In this document: positions 10,227-18,798 of the stretch, one piece after another
Position numbering within the stretch: position 1 is the first letter of the stretch
Layout: each line of letters begins with the position of its first letter
Assembly: GCF_035317925.1 (NCBI RefSeq)
Contig: NZ_DATHFV010000127.1
Coordinates: 8,412-72,411 of the forward strand
Length of the DNA: 64,000 nucleotides
Source of the DNA: Sphingomonas sp.
GTDB lineage: Bacteria > Pseudomonadota > Alphaproteobacteria > Sphingomonadales > Sphingomonadaceae
Reading direction: 5' to 3'
The notes under the pieces: model-generated
Told to the model about the DNA's origin: nothing
Database searches by the model: none
The model's input: only the letters and a program-made list of their open reading frames with translations
Program-made: the position numbers and the translations under genes

Positions 10227-11765
10227 TTGCGCGTGGAGCAGACCGTCAATCCGAATGGAGCGATACGGCGTATCGTGATTGTCGGCGGCGGCACCGCCGG
10301 CTGGATGGCGGCGGCGGCCTTCTCGAAGATATTGGGTCCGTCCGGCATCAGCATCGCGCTGGTCGAATCGGACGAGATCGGGACGGTCGGGGTCGGCGAG
10401 GCAACCATCCCGCAATTGCTGAACTTCAACGCGCTGCTGGAGCTCGACGAGGACGAATTCGTCCGCGAAACTGAAGCGACCTACAAGCTCGGCATCGAGT
10501 TCGTCGACTGGACGCGGCCTGGCAGCAGCTACATCCATCCCTTCGGTTCTTATGGCATCGCCATGCTGGGGGTGGATTTCCAGCATTTCTGGCTCAAGGG
10601 ACGGCACCTTGGCCAGACCGCGCCGCTCGACGAATATTCGATCGCCGCGGTCGCCGCGCGTGCGGGCCGGTTCCTGCGGCCGCAGTCGGATCAGCCGCGC
10701 TCGCCTCTGGCGAAAATCTCTTATGCCTTCCAGTTCGACGCCGCGCTCTATGCCCGCTTCCTGCGCGGTTATTCGGAACGGCGCGGCGTTGTTCGGACCG
10801 AGGGCCGTGTCGCCGGCGTGGTTCGCAACGAAAAGGGCCTGATCGGGTCACTCGCGCTGGCCGACGACCGTTCGATCGCGGGCGACCTGTTCATCGATTG
10901 CTCGGGCTTCAGGGGCCTGCTGATCGAGGAAGAGATGCGGTCCGGGTATGAGGATTGGACCCCATGGCTGCCCTGCAATCGCGCCGTCGCCGTGCCATGC
11001 GCCCGCGTGGCCGATCCCGCGCCTTTTACCCGCGCCACCGCGCGCGCGGCCGGTTGGCAGTGGCGGATCCCGCTGCAGCATCGCACGGGGAACGGCTATG
11101 TCTATTCGAGCGATCACATCTCGGATGACGAGGCCGCGGCCACGCTGATGACCAACCTCGACGGTGCAGCCTTGGCCGATCCGCGTTTTCTGCGTTTCAC
11201 CGGCGGCCATCGGCGCAAGCCCTGGATCGGCAACGTCGTGGCGCTGGGACTCGCGAGCGGGTTTCTCGAACCGCTCGAATCCACCAGCATCCACATGGTC
11301 CAGACGGCGATCGCGCGGCTGCTGACCTTGTTCCCGACGGCGGGTTTCGAGGCGCCGGAAATCGCCGAATATAATCGGCAGACCGTCCGCGAATATGAGG
11401 ATATCCGCGATTTTCTGGTGCTGCATTATCGGGCGACCGAGCGATCGGATTCGCCCTTCTGGAACCGCTGCCGCACCCTCTCGCCGCCCGAGGGACTGCA
11501 ACGCAAGCTCGACATGTTCCGGTCGAACGGCCGCATCGTTCGCGAAAAGGACGAGCTCTTCACCGAGACGAGCTGGCTCGCGGTGATGGTGGGGCAGGGG
11601 ATCGAGGCGCGGGGCTATCATCCGGTCGCCGACATGATCGGGCCCGAGGACACGCTGCGCCGGCTGGACGATGTGCGCGGCGTCAATCGGCGTGCGGTCT
11701 CGATCATGCCGCGCCACGTCGACTTCCTCGCGGGCCGCCAAGAGCCGCTCCCGATACCGGCATGA
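10227..11765 (+). CDS. Tryptophan halogenase family flavin-dependent enzyme
   Basis: GGGTAG, VGVGEATIP, ATYKLGIEF (catalytic Lys position), FIDCSGF, WQWRIP and GFLEPLESTSI. Confidence 0.92.
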   Translation: MRVEQTVNPNGAIRRIVIVGGGTAGWMAAAAFSKILGPSGISIALVESDEIGTVGVGEATIPQLLNFNALLELDEDEFVRETEATYKLGIEFVDWTRPGSSYIHPFGSYGIAMLGVDFQHFWLKGRHLGQTAPLDEYSIAAVAARAGRFLRPQSDQPRSPLAKISYAFQFDAALYARFLRGYSERRGVVRTEGRVAGVVRNEKGLIGSLALADDRSIAGDLFIDCSGFRGLLIEEEMRSGYEDWTPWLPCNRAVAVPCARVADPAPFTRATARAAGWQWRIPLQHRTGNGYVYSSDHISDDEAAATLMTNLDGAALADPRFLRFTGGHRRKPWIGNVVALGLASGFLEPLESTSIHMVQTAIARLLTLFPTAGFEAPEIAEYNRQTVREYEDIRDFLVLHYRATERSDSPFWNRCRTLSPPEGLQRKLDMFRSNGRIVREKDELFTETSWLAVMVGQGIEARGYHPVADMIGPEDTLRRLDDVRGVNRRAVSIMPRHVDFLAGRQEPLPIPA

Positions 11766-11878
11766 CGCGTCCGCACGGCGTTCGCGAGAACTGAGTTCGC
11801 CCATGCGGGCGCGTCAGAGCGCCGCTGTCTCCGCCGAAGCCTCTGCCGAAACCCATGACGAGCGGTATCACATAGCTT

Positions 11879-11921
11879 GTTAGGCCTAACCTCAAAAAAA
11901 GCGGTAGCGCTATCATACAGG
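11879..11921. promoter_or_regulatory. TBDR promoter: GTTAGGCCTAAC palindrome, XylR-like LacI box CGGTAGCGCTATCA, and GCTATCATACAGG
   Basis: Read directly from sequence. The LacI-type box resembles the Caulobacter/Xanthomonas XylR operator TGGTAGCGCTAACA. Confidence 0.55.
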
Positions 11922-12021
11922 TTAGGATAAAGCTTTGTTTCGATCACCCGGCCCAAGGCACGCGGTGACGATTGGGAGAAGCCGTACCGGAGCGCGAATC
12001 CGGGATCGGGAGGGGAAAGAT

Positions 12022-15000
12022 ATGAAGACCAATGCCTCGGGTTTCATGGCCGGCGAAACGACACAGACGTCGCTTCGGCTTGGCGTCTCGGTTTTGGCGC
12101 TTGTCTGCGGAACCGCCTTGTCCGCACAGGTGGGCCCGCCCGCCGCGCCGCTGCCCAGCGCTTCGGATGCGGGCTCCGTGGAGGACGTGGTCATCAGCGG
12201 TATCCGGTCGTCGCTTGCCAATGCGCAGGCGATCAAGCGGAATTCGGCGACCATCGTGGACGCGGTGACGAGCGCGGACATCGGCGCGTTGCCCGACCGT
12301 TCGGTGGTCGAGTCGCTGCAGCGCATCCCGGGCGTGACGATCAGCAAATTCGAAGGCGGCAACGATCCCGATCACTTCTCGGCGGAAGGCACGACCGTAC
12401 AGATCCGTGGCCTCAGCCAGATCCAGACGCAGGTCAACGGCCGCGACACCTTCACCGCCGGCTTTGGCCGCACCATCAATCTCGCCGACTTCCCGTCGGA
12501 AATGCTGAGCTCGATCGAGGTGTATAAAGAGCCGACCGCCGACATGATCGAAGGCGGACTGGGCGGCACGGTCAATCTCAACACGCTCAAGCCGCTCGAT
12601 CGCAAGGGCTTCCACATCGCGTTCGACGGCGAGGCCAATTACAGCGATTTCGCCAAGAAATGGTCGCCGGTCGGATCGGTCCTGGTGAGCGATACGTGGG
12701 AGACCGGCGTCGGCACGTTCGGCATCCTGGCGGATATTTCCTATTCGGACCTGAAGGTTCGCTCCGACGGTATCCAGGCCACCAATTTCCAGACGCGCGA
12801 TGGCCAGACCGTCAATGGCGTGGTGCGCGCGCCGCTGCCCGGTCAATCGGTGGCCTATGCCCCGATCGGCGCCAGCTTCCGCACGCAGGACACCGACCGC
12901 AAGCGCCGCGGCTATGCCGCCGCTGCGCAGTGGGAAAGCGTCGACCACACGATGCAGCTCACCGGCCAGTTCCTGCGCACGCAGGCGACCCGGTCCTGGA
13001 CCGAGCATACGTTCGAAACCGAGAGCGGCTCGTCCGAATACAACACCTATCCGCTCGGCTGCACCTCGGCGACGGCGTGCGCCCCCGGATACGCCGACTA
13101 TCAGTATGATTCCGACAACGTCTTCGAGAAGGGCTATATCAGCTATCCCGGCACCGGCTGGCGTACTGCCACTTCGGGTCAGGTGGATTCCCCGACCCCG
13201 ACCGGTGGCATGCAGCAGAATCTGTCACGCCGCGATCGCTACGAGCGCGCGACCACAAACGATTTCGCGCTCAACTTCAAATGGTCGCCGACGTCACGGC
13301 TGACGGTAACGGCCGACGGCCAATATGTCCGTTCAGCCAGCAGCGATTTCGACTTCACCTCCTACACCGACACGTTTGCGGACGAGGAGCTCGACCTTAC
13401 CGGCAACCTGCCGGCGGCCGTGCTCCACAAGCCGAATGTGATCGGTTCGCCCAACGCCCGTATCGCGGGCGAAAGCGACAGCCAGTATTTCGCCGATCCG
13501 GCCAATTATTTCTGGCGCGCGGCGATGGACCATTCGGATGAAAGCCGGGGCCATGAATGGGCCTATAAGGGCGACGTCAGCTATGACGTCGACGGCGACA
13601 TCCCCTTCGTCGAGAAGGTCAAGTTCGGCGCCCGTTACTCCGATCGCTCGCAGCAGGTGAAATACACCTCGTACAATTGGGGTTACGTCAGCGAGGTGTG
13701 GGATGGCAGCGGCAACGCGGTCTATCTGAACCAGGCCGGCCAGAGCCAGTCGAGCCTGTACACATTCCCGGACTTCTTCCGCGGCAAGACCGGCGGCCCG
13801 CAAGGCTGGTATTACGACAATCAGCAGGTCAAGAATTACAGCGAAGCGGTCCAGTTCTTCAAGAACATCAACAGCGTCTGGATCGCCCAGAATGGCGGCT
13901 TCCCGGGCTGGACGCCGATCGGCGAGCGCGCCGGCGTCACCGACTCCCCCTATCTGCCGGGCGAGATCGACACTTCGGGCGAGAAGACCAGCGCCGCTTA
14001 TGCGATGCTCGATTTCGGATCGAAGGACCCGGTCGTCGGCAATATAACGGTGCGCGGCAATATCGGCGTCCGTTATGTCGATACGAAGGATTTCGCAGAC
14101 GGTTCGATCCAGTATCCGGCCAACACGCTGGGCGGCAACTTCGCCCAAATCTGCCAGTCGGGTTCGGCACCCCCGCCGATCTGCGTGCGGGGTGCCGATT
14201 TCTACAATAACCTGGTGACGTTCAGCAATTCGGCGTCGACCGCATCCACGGCCAGCAACAAGTTTCACCAGTGGCTGCCCAGCTTCAACCTGGTCATCAG
14301 CCCGACGCGCGACGTGCAATTGCGCTTCTCGGCGTCGAAGCAGATCCAGCGTCCGGACTTCGGCTTCCTGCGGAACTTCGTCTCGCTGAGCGTCGGCACC
14401 GGCGAGCTGCCGCTCACCGCATCGGCGGGCAATCCCTACCTGAAACCGGCGGTGTCGAAGCAGTTCGACATCGGCGCGGAATGGTATTTCTCCCGCGTCG
14501 GATCGCTCACGATCGATTATTTCCACAAGAGCGTGCACGACTTCTTCTACCAGAGTCAGATCCTGCGAGACTTCACCAATGCGGGCATAACGGAGACGGC
14601 TTATGTGACCGGCCCGGCCAATTTCGACGGCACCGGCACAATCAAGGGCATCGAGGTCGGCTATCAGCAGACCTTCGATTTCCTGCCCGGCCTGTTCGGC
14701 GGCCTCGGTGCATCGGCGACCTACTCCTATGTGAAGAGCAGCGGCCTGCCCAACTCGTTCCTGTCGAACGTGTCGGACGCGCCGGTATCGACCCCTTCGA
14801 CCGGTCGCGGCACGTTGCCGTTCGAGGGGCTCTCGAAGAACAACATCAACGTCACCGGCTTCTATGAGAAGGGTCCAGTGTCGCTCCGGGTCGCCTATAA
14901 TTGGCGCTCCAAGTTCCTCGAGACCGCGGTGGACGAAATCTACCCATACTTCCCGGTCTATCAGAAGGCGACGGGGCAGCTCGACGCGTCCGTCTTCTAC

Positions 15001-15159
15001 AACCTGACGAAGCAGGTGAAGATCGGCGTTCAGGGCGTGAACCTGACCAACACCGTGACCAAGACACTGCAGCAATTCACGGCCAGCGGAATGACCGCGC
15101 CGCGATCCTATTTCATCACCGACCGCCGCTTCGCGTTCATCGTACGCGGCAGCTTCTGA
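12022..15159 (+). CDS. TonB-dependent receptor, carbohydrate-type
   Basis: TonB-box-like EDVVISGIR, plug DIGALPDRSVVESLQRIPGV, GNPYLKP and terminal Phe; GGAGGGG RBS before ATG 12022. Confidence 0.93.
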   Translation: MKTNASGFMAGETTQTSLRLGVSVLALVCGTALSAQVGPPAAPLPSASDAGSVEDVVISGIRSSLANAQAIKRNSATIVDAVTSADIGALPDRSVVESLQRIPGVTISKFEGGNDPDHFSAEGTTVQIRGLSQIQTQVNGRDTFTAGFGRTINLADFPSEMLSSIEVYKEPTADMIEGGLGGTVNLNTLKPLDRKGFHIAFDGEANYSDFAKKWSPVGSVLVSDTWETGVGTFGILADISYSDLKVRSDGIQATNFQTRDGQTVNGVVRAPLPGQSVAYAPIGASFRTQDTDRKRRGYAAAAQWESVDHTMQLTGQFLRTQATRSWTEHTFETESGSSEYNTYPLGCTSATACAPGYADYQYDSDNVFEKGYISYPGTGWRTATSGQVDSPTPTGGMQQNLSRRDRYERATTNDFALNFKWSPTSRLTVTADGQYVRSASSDFDFTSYTDTFADEELDLTGNLPAAVLHKPNVIGSPNARIAGESDSQYFADPANYFWRAAMDHSDESRGHEWAYKGDVSYDVDGDIPFVEKVKFGARYSDRSQQVKYTSYNWGYVSEVWDGSGNAVYLNQAGQSQSSLYTFPDFFRGKTGGPQGWYYDNQQVKNYSEAVQFFKNINSVWIAQNGGFPGWTPIGERAGVTDSPYLPGEIDTSGEKTSAAYAMLDFGSKDPVVGNITVRGNIGVRYVDTKDFADGSIQYPANTLGGNFAQICQSGSAPPPICVRGADFYNNLVTFSNSASTASTASNKFHQWLPSFNLVISPTRDVQLRFSASKQIQRPDFGFLRNFVSLSVGTGELPLTASAGNPYLKPAVSKQFDIGAEWYFSRVGSLTIDYFHKSVHDFFYQSQILRDFTNAGITETAYVTGPANFDGTGTIKGIEVGYQQTFDFLPGLFGGLGASATYSYVKSSGLPNSFLSNVSDAPVSTPSTGRGTLPFEGLSKNNINVTGFYEKGPVSLRVAYNWRSKFLETAVDEIYPYFPVYQKATGQLDASVFYNLTKQVKIGVQGVNLTNTVTKTLQQFTASGMTAPRSYFITDRRFAFIVRGSF

Positions 15160-15164
15160 TCATT

Positions 15165-15220
15165 GCTTCCTCCGACTGGACCCTTCCCCCGCCTCCCTGG
15201 GGGGAGGGTCTTCTTTTTTG
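15165..15220 (+). ncRNA. Intrinsic terminator, possibly a suhB/alpha-r8-like 3'-UTR sRNA
   Basis: TTCCTCC-GACTGG, then a GC hairpin with a GCCTCCCT loop, then TTCTTTTTT. The terminator is well supported; the sRNA is tentative. Confidence 0.45.
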
Positions 15221-15392
15221 GTGAATGGTGACAGCAGCAGCGGGCATCATCTGCACCGCCGTTCGCCGCTGATCGTTCGAGATCGCTGGCCGCAGCGGCT
15301 CCCCCCGAAAGCCGCCGATCAAAGGATCACTATCCTTCGGCAAATGGACCGCCTTTGCGCAGGCGAATAATTCGTGGCGCGAGGGGAGCGCC

Positions 15393-15506
15393 ATGAAAAA
15401 AGAACGGGGCTCTGCGGCGGTCGCCGCGGTGGGGACTACGGTTGCGTTGGTATTCCTGATGCCGTTCTGGACGGCGCGCTATTTCCTGCGGGATCGCGGT
15501 GCTTGA
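15393..15506 (+). CDS. Small hydrophobic protein (37 aa), absent from the ORF track
   Basis: GAGGGGAG RBS, then MKKERGSAAVAAVGTTVALVFLMPFWTARYFLRDRGA*; overlaps the next gene's start by 8 nt. Confidence 0.5.
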   Translation: MKKERGSAAVAAVGTTVALVFLMPFWTARYFLRDRGA

Positions 15507-16407
15507 TCGTCGCGTGACCGCCGCGCCGCCTGCTCCGCGACGCCGCTATGTGGTGCGCGATGCGGAGGCGCTCGACGCCCGGCGTTTCAGCGACGCGCAA
15601 TGCGCGGCCTTGTTCGAGGCCGTGCTGATCGATGACGAGGTCGATGCGCACACCGAATTGCCCGATCGGATCACGCTCGACCACAGTCCGGCGGACCTGC
15701 TGGATTGCTATCGGATCTGTCGGCAATTGTGGCGGACCGGCGTCGATCGCGACGCGATGATCGCGTGCAACCACCTGCTGCTGCGCGACCGCGATCTGGG
15801 CCCCGAAGACCGGCTGCGCTTCAAATATGCGCGCGCCAGGTTCAAGCATCTGCGTTTCGCCTGCGCGCTCTATGGTGAGCGCCACGCCTACCCGATCCTC
15901 TTCGACTGGATGACCACATTGCTCGGGCATCTGCAGGATGCGTTCAAGACCGACCTCGCGGGCAAGGTCTATCGCGAGGCGTTACTGTGCCGTGTGTTCC
16001 TTGCACGCGGGCCCTGGCGCCTGCTCCAGCGCGAAGTCGATCGCCTGACGCCGACGACCAGCGAGGGTTTCCGCGATTATGTTGCGCAGCAAATCGCGAT
16101 GCTTGAGGACATAGTGTCGCACGATCATCTGACCGGCGCGCAATTCCACGCCACGCGCAAGATCGCGAGCCGGCTGGTCTCTTTCTACGACACGCTGCGC
16201 ACGATCGCCCCGTCCGACGAGGCGTTCAAAATGTCGCGCGCACTGGCCGCGATCAACGGTCTGATGGGTTCGATGCACGACGTCCTGATCGAACGGCGCG
16301 TCGCCGGCACGCAGGATTATTATCGCGATCCGTTCGCGCTGCCCGACGAGATACGCGGCCGCATTGCCGCTTTGGTGGCGCGCTATCGCGCGTCCGGTCT
16401 CGCCTGA
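15499..16407 (+). CDS. Hypothetical all-helical protein, CHAD-like
   Basis: Paired motifs ARARFKHLRF...LGHLQD and FHATRKIASRL...MGSMHD resemble the two CHAD half-repeats. Confidence 0.55.
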   Translation: MLDRRVTAAPPAPRRRYVVRDAEALDARRFSDAQCAALFEAVLIDDEVDAHTELPDRITLDHSPADLLDCYRICRQLWRTGVDRDAMIACNHLLLRDRDLGPEDRLRFKYARARFKHLRFACALYGERHAYPILFDWMTTLLGHLQDAFKTDLAGKVYREALLCRVFLARGPWRLLQREVDRLTPTTSEGFRDYVAQQIAMLEDIVSHDHLTGAQFHATRKIASRLVSFYDTLRTIAPSDEAFKMSRALAAINGLMGSMHDVLIERRVAGTQDYYRDPFALPDEIRGRIAALVARYRASGLA

Positions 16408-16558
16408 TGGCGGGCATTGCGCAATATATTGCACGGCAATTCGTTACATTGCCGTATCAATTCCCGAAACTTGTGGCATTATCGCCGGGAAATCGGCCGC
16501 CTGCTTTGCCGCATGCGGTTGGTAAGGTCTGAGGCGCCACCCCCAAAGGCGCTTCGGG

Positions 16559-16590
16559 GAGGCCGGTCGCCACCGCGACCGGCCTCTTTG
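16559..16590 (+). terminator. Intrinsic terminator-like hairpin
   Basis: GAGGCCGGTCGC-CACC-GCGACCGGCCTC-TTTG, perfect 12-bp stem. Confidence 0.65.
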
Positions 16591-16607
16591 CTATCGAGCC
16601 GACGCGC

Positions 16608-17423
16608 TCAGGCGATTTGCTCGGCCACGCGCCGCGCCACGAACGGGTCGGGAATGAGCCGCATCACTACTGCCTGGAGGCTGGCCTTGCGTGCCTCGTC
16701 GATCGGATAGGATTCGCGCAGCTGGATCAGCCGGGCGATGTCGTCGCGCCATGCCGCCGTATCGGCAATGCCGAGGAACGCGCACAGCGCGCCCAATTGC
16801 TCCGGGTCGAGCAACTCGTCCTGGAACAGGAACCGGAATTGGCCCGGATTGGCCTGCGCCGCCGGCGCGAACCAGCCGAACAGGCGGATCATGTGCGTGA
16901 ACACATCGATGAAACTGTCCTTGCGCTCTTCGCCCACCAGCGCCGCCGCATAGCCCTTGCGAATGCTGGAAATGGTGATGTCGACCGGGTTGCGCACCAT
17001 CATGACGAAGCGCAGCGACGGCAGGCGACGCGCCAGATCGTCCAACGCGATCTTGTGATGGATCAGGTGGTTGGTGACGCGGGTCGCATCCTTCCACACC
17101 AGGCATTGCGTGTCCGGCTTCGCCCCCTCGCCGTAACGGTCGAGATAGGCGTCGCGCAGCGCGCCGTCGCTGAAGGCATGGCTGTGCAGGATATGGCCGC
17201 CGACCGCGCCCCGCTCGCCGCCCAGCGCCATCGCCTCCGCCGTCCGCACGAACGCGTCGAGCTTGTCCTGCGTCGGGTCGCGCGTGAAATCGCAACTCTG
17301 GTCGGCGAAGATGCGGACGAACGCATGGTTGAGCACCGTGACCTCGGGATGCAGCGCCAGCATCGCGCTCGAGATCGTCGTCAGGCTGCGGTTCGCCCCC
17401 AGATAGATCGCTACCGTCTTCAC
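16608..17423 (-). CDS. Sulfotransferase-fold protein
   Basis: 5'-PSB-like GANRSLTT...LALHPEV, 3'-PB-like VRNPVDITISS, and LCAFLGI. Confidence 0.65.
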   Translation of the reverse strand: MKTVAIYLGANRSLTTISSAMLALHPEVTVLNHAFVRIFADQSCDFTRDPTQDKLDAFVRTAEAMALGGERGAVGGHILHSHAFSDGALRDAYLDRYGEGAKPDTQCLVWKDATRVTNHLIHHKIALDDLARRLPSLRFVMMVRNPVDITISSIRKGYAAALVGEERKDSFIDVFTHMIRLFGWFAPAAQANPGQFRFLFQDELLDPEQLGALCAFLGIADTAAWRDDIARLIQLRESYPIDEARKASLQAVVMRLIPDPFVARRVAEQIA

Positions 17424-17593
17424 CCGCTTCGCTCGCCCCTTCCCGCCCGATCGATTCCCTGCCTCATCGGTGCGTCGGCGACAAGTTCGAGGCCGGACCC
17501 GGAACCCGGCCGTGCAATTCCCTTTCCGCTTCGGCTATCACCCTTTCGCGCGCGAGCGGTGCAGGCCAATGCGCGGAGGGAGAAGGAAAAGTC

Positions 17594-18769
17594 GTGGTTC
17601 ATCCGCTGAAGGGCATCAAGGTGCTGGAGCTGGCCCGGATCCTGGCGGGGCCGTGGGCCGGCCAGACGCTCGCCGATCTCGGCGCCGATGTCGTCAAGGT
17701 CGAAAGCCCGGATGGCGACGACACGCGCGGCTGGGGCCCGCCCTTCGTTCCCGCCGACGACGGTGGCGATCTGTCGGCCGCCTATTTCCACGCCGCCAAT
17801 CGCGGCAAGAGATCGATCGTCGCCGATTTCACCACGGCGGAAGGCCGGGCGCTGGTCGAGAAACTGGCGGCATCGGCCGACGTCCTGATCGAGAATTTCA
17901 AGCTGGGCGGCCTCGCAAAATACGGGCTCGATTACGCCGCTTTGTCGAAGATCAATCCGCGCCTGGTCTATTGCTCGATCACCGGCTTTGGCCAGGACGG
18001 CCCTTATGCCGCGCGCGCGGGCTATGATTTCCTGATCCAGGGCATGGCCGGCGCGATGTCGATCACCGGCGATCCGGGAGGCCCGCCGACCAAGACCGGG
18101 TTTGCGATGGCCGATATCTTCTCGGGCCTCTACGCGACGATCGGCATTCTCGCCGCGCTCCGCCGCCGCGACGAGACGGGGGAGGGCGCCTGGATCGATT
18201 GCGCGCTGATGGACGTGCAGGTCGGCGTGCTCGCCAATCAGGCGCTCAATTATCTGGTGTCGGGCGTCGCGCCGACCCGGCTCGGCAACGCGCATCCCAA
18301 TATCGTGCCCTATGAGGTTTTCCCCGTCGCCGACGGCCACATCATCATCGCGGTCGGCAATGACGGCCAGTTCCGGCAATTGTGCGAGGCGGTCGGCGAC
18401 GCAGCGATGGGGAACGATCCAGCTTTCGCGACCAACAAGCTGCGGGTCGAGCATCGCGCGACCCTGATCCCGCGCCTCTCCGCCGCCACGCTGAAGATGT
18501 CGCGCGCCGATTTGCTCGCGAGGCTCGAGGAGGCGAAGGTGCCGGCCGGGCCGATCAACGATATCGCTGATGTGTTCGACGACGCGCAGGTCCGGCATCG
18601 CGCGATGCGGCTGGCTCTGGACGCGACGCGCGCGGCCGGCGGCACGATCCCCGGCGTGCGCACGCCGCTCACGATCGATGGCGTCGGGATGGCACATGAT
18701 CGCCCGTCGCCGGGCGTCGGTGAACATGGCGCGGATATATTGGCGGACCCGGCCTGGGTCAGCCCCTGA
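17594..18769 (+). CDS. CaiB/BaiF family III CoA-transferase
   Basis: LELARILAGPWAGQTLADLGADVVKVE, NRGKRS, YCSITGFGQDGP and AGYD. Confidence 0.95.
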   Translation: MVHPLKGIKVLELARILAGPWAGQTLADLGADVVKVESPDGDDTRGWGPPFVPADDGGDLSAAYFHAANRGKRSIVADFTTAEGRALVEKLAASADVLIENFKLGGLAKYGLDYAALSKINPRLVYCSITGFGQDGPYAARAGYDFLIQGMAGAMSITGDPGGPPTKTGFAMADIFSGLYATIGILAALRRRDETGEGAWIDCALMDVQVGVLANQALNYLVSGVAPTRLGNAHPNIVPYEVFPVADGHIIIAVGNDGQFRQLCEAVGDAAMGNDPAFATNKLRVEHRATLIPRLSAATLKMSRADLLARLEEAKVPAGPINDIADVFDDAQVRHRAMRLALDATRAAGGTIPGVRTPLTIDGVGMAHDRPSPGVGEHGADILADPAWVSP

Positions 18770-18798
18770 TCGTCGCGGCCTTCACGGCCGGTTAGGGC

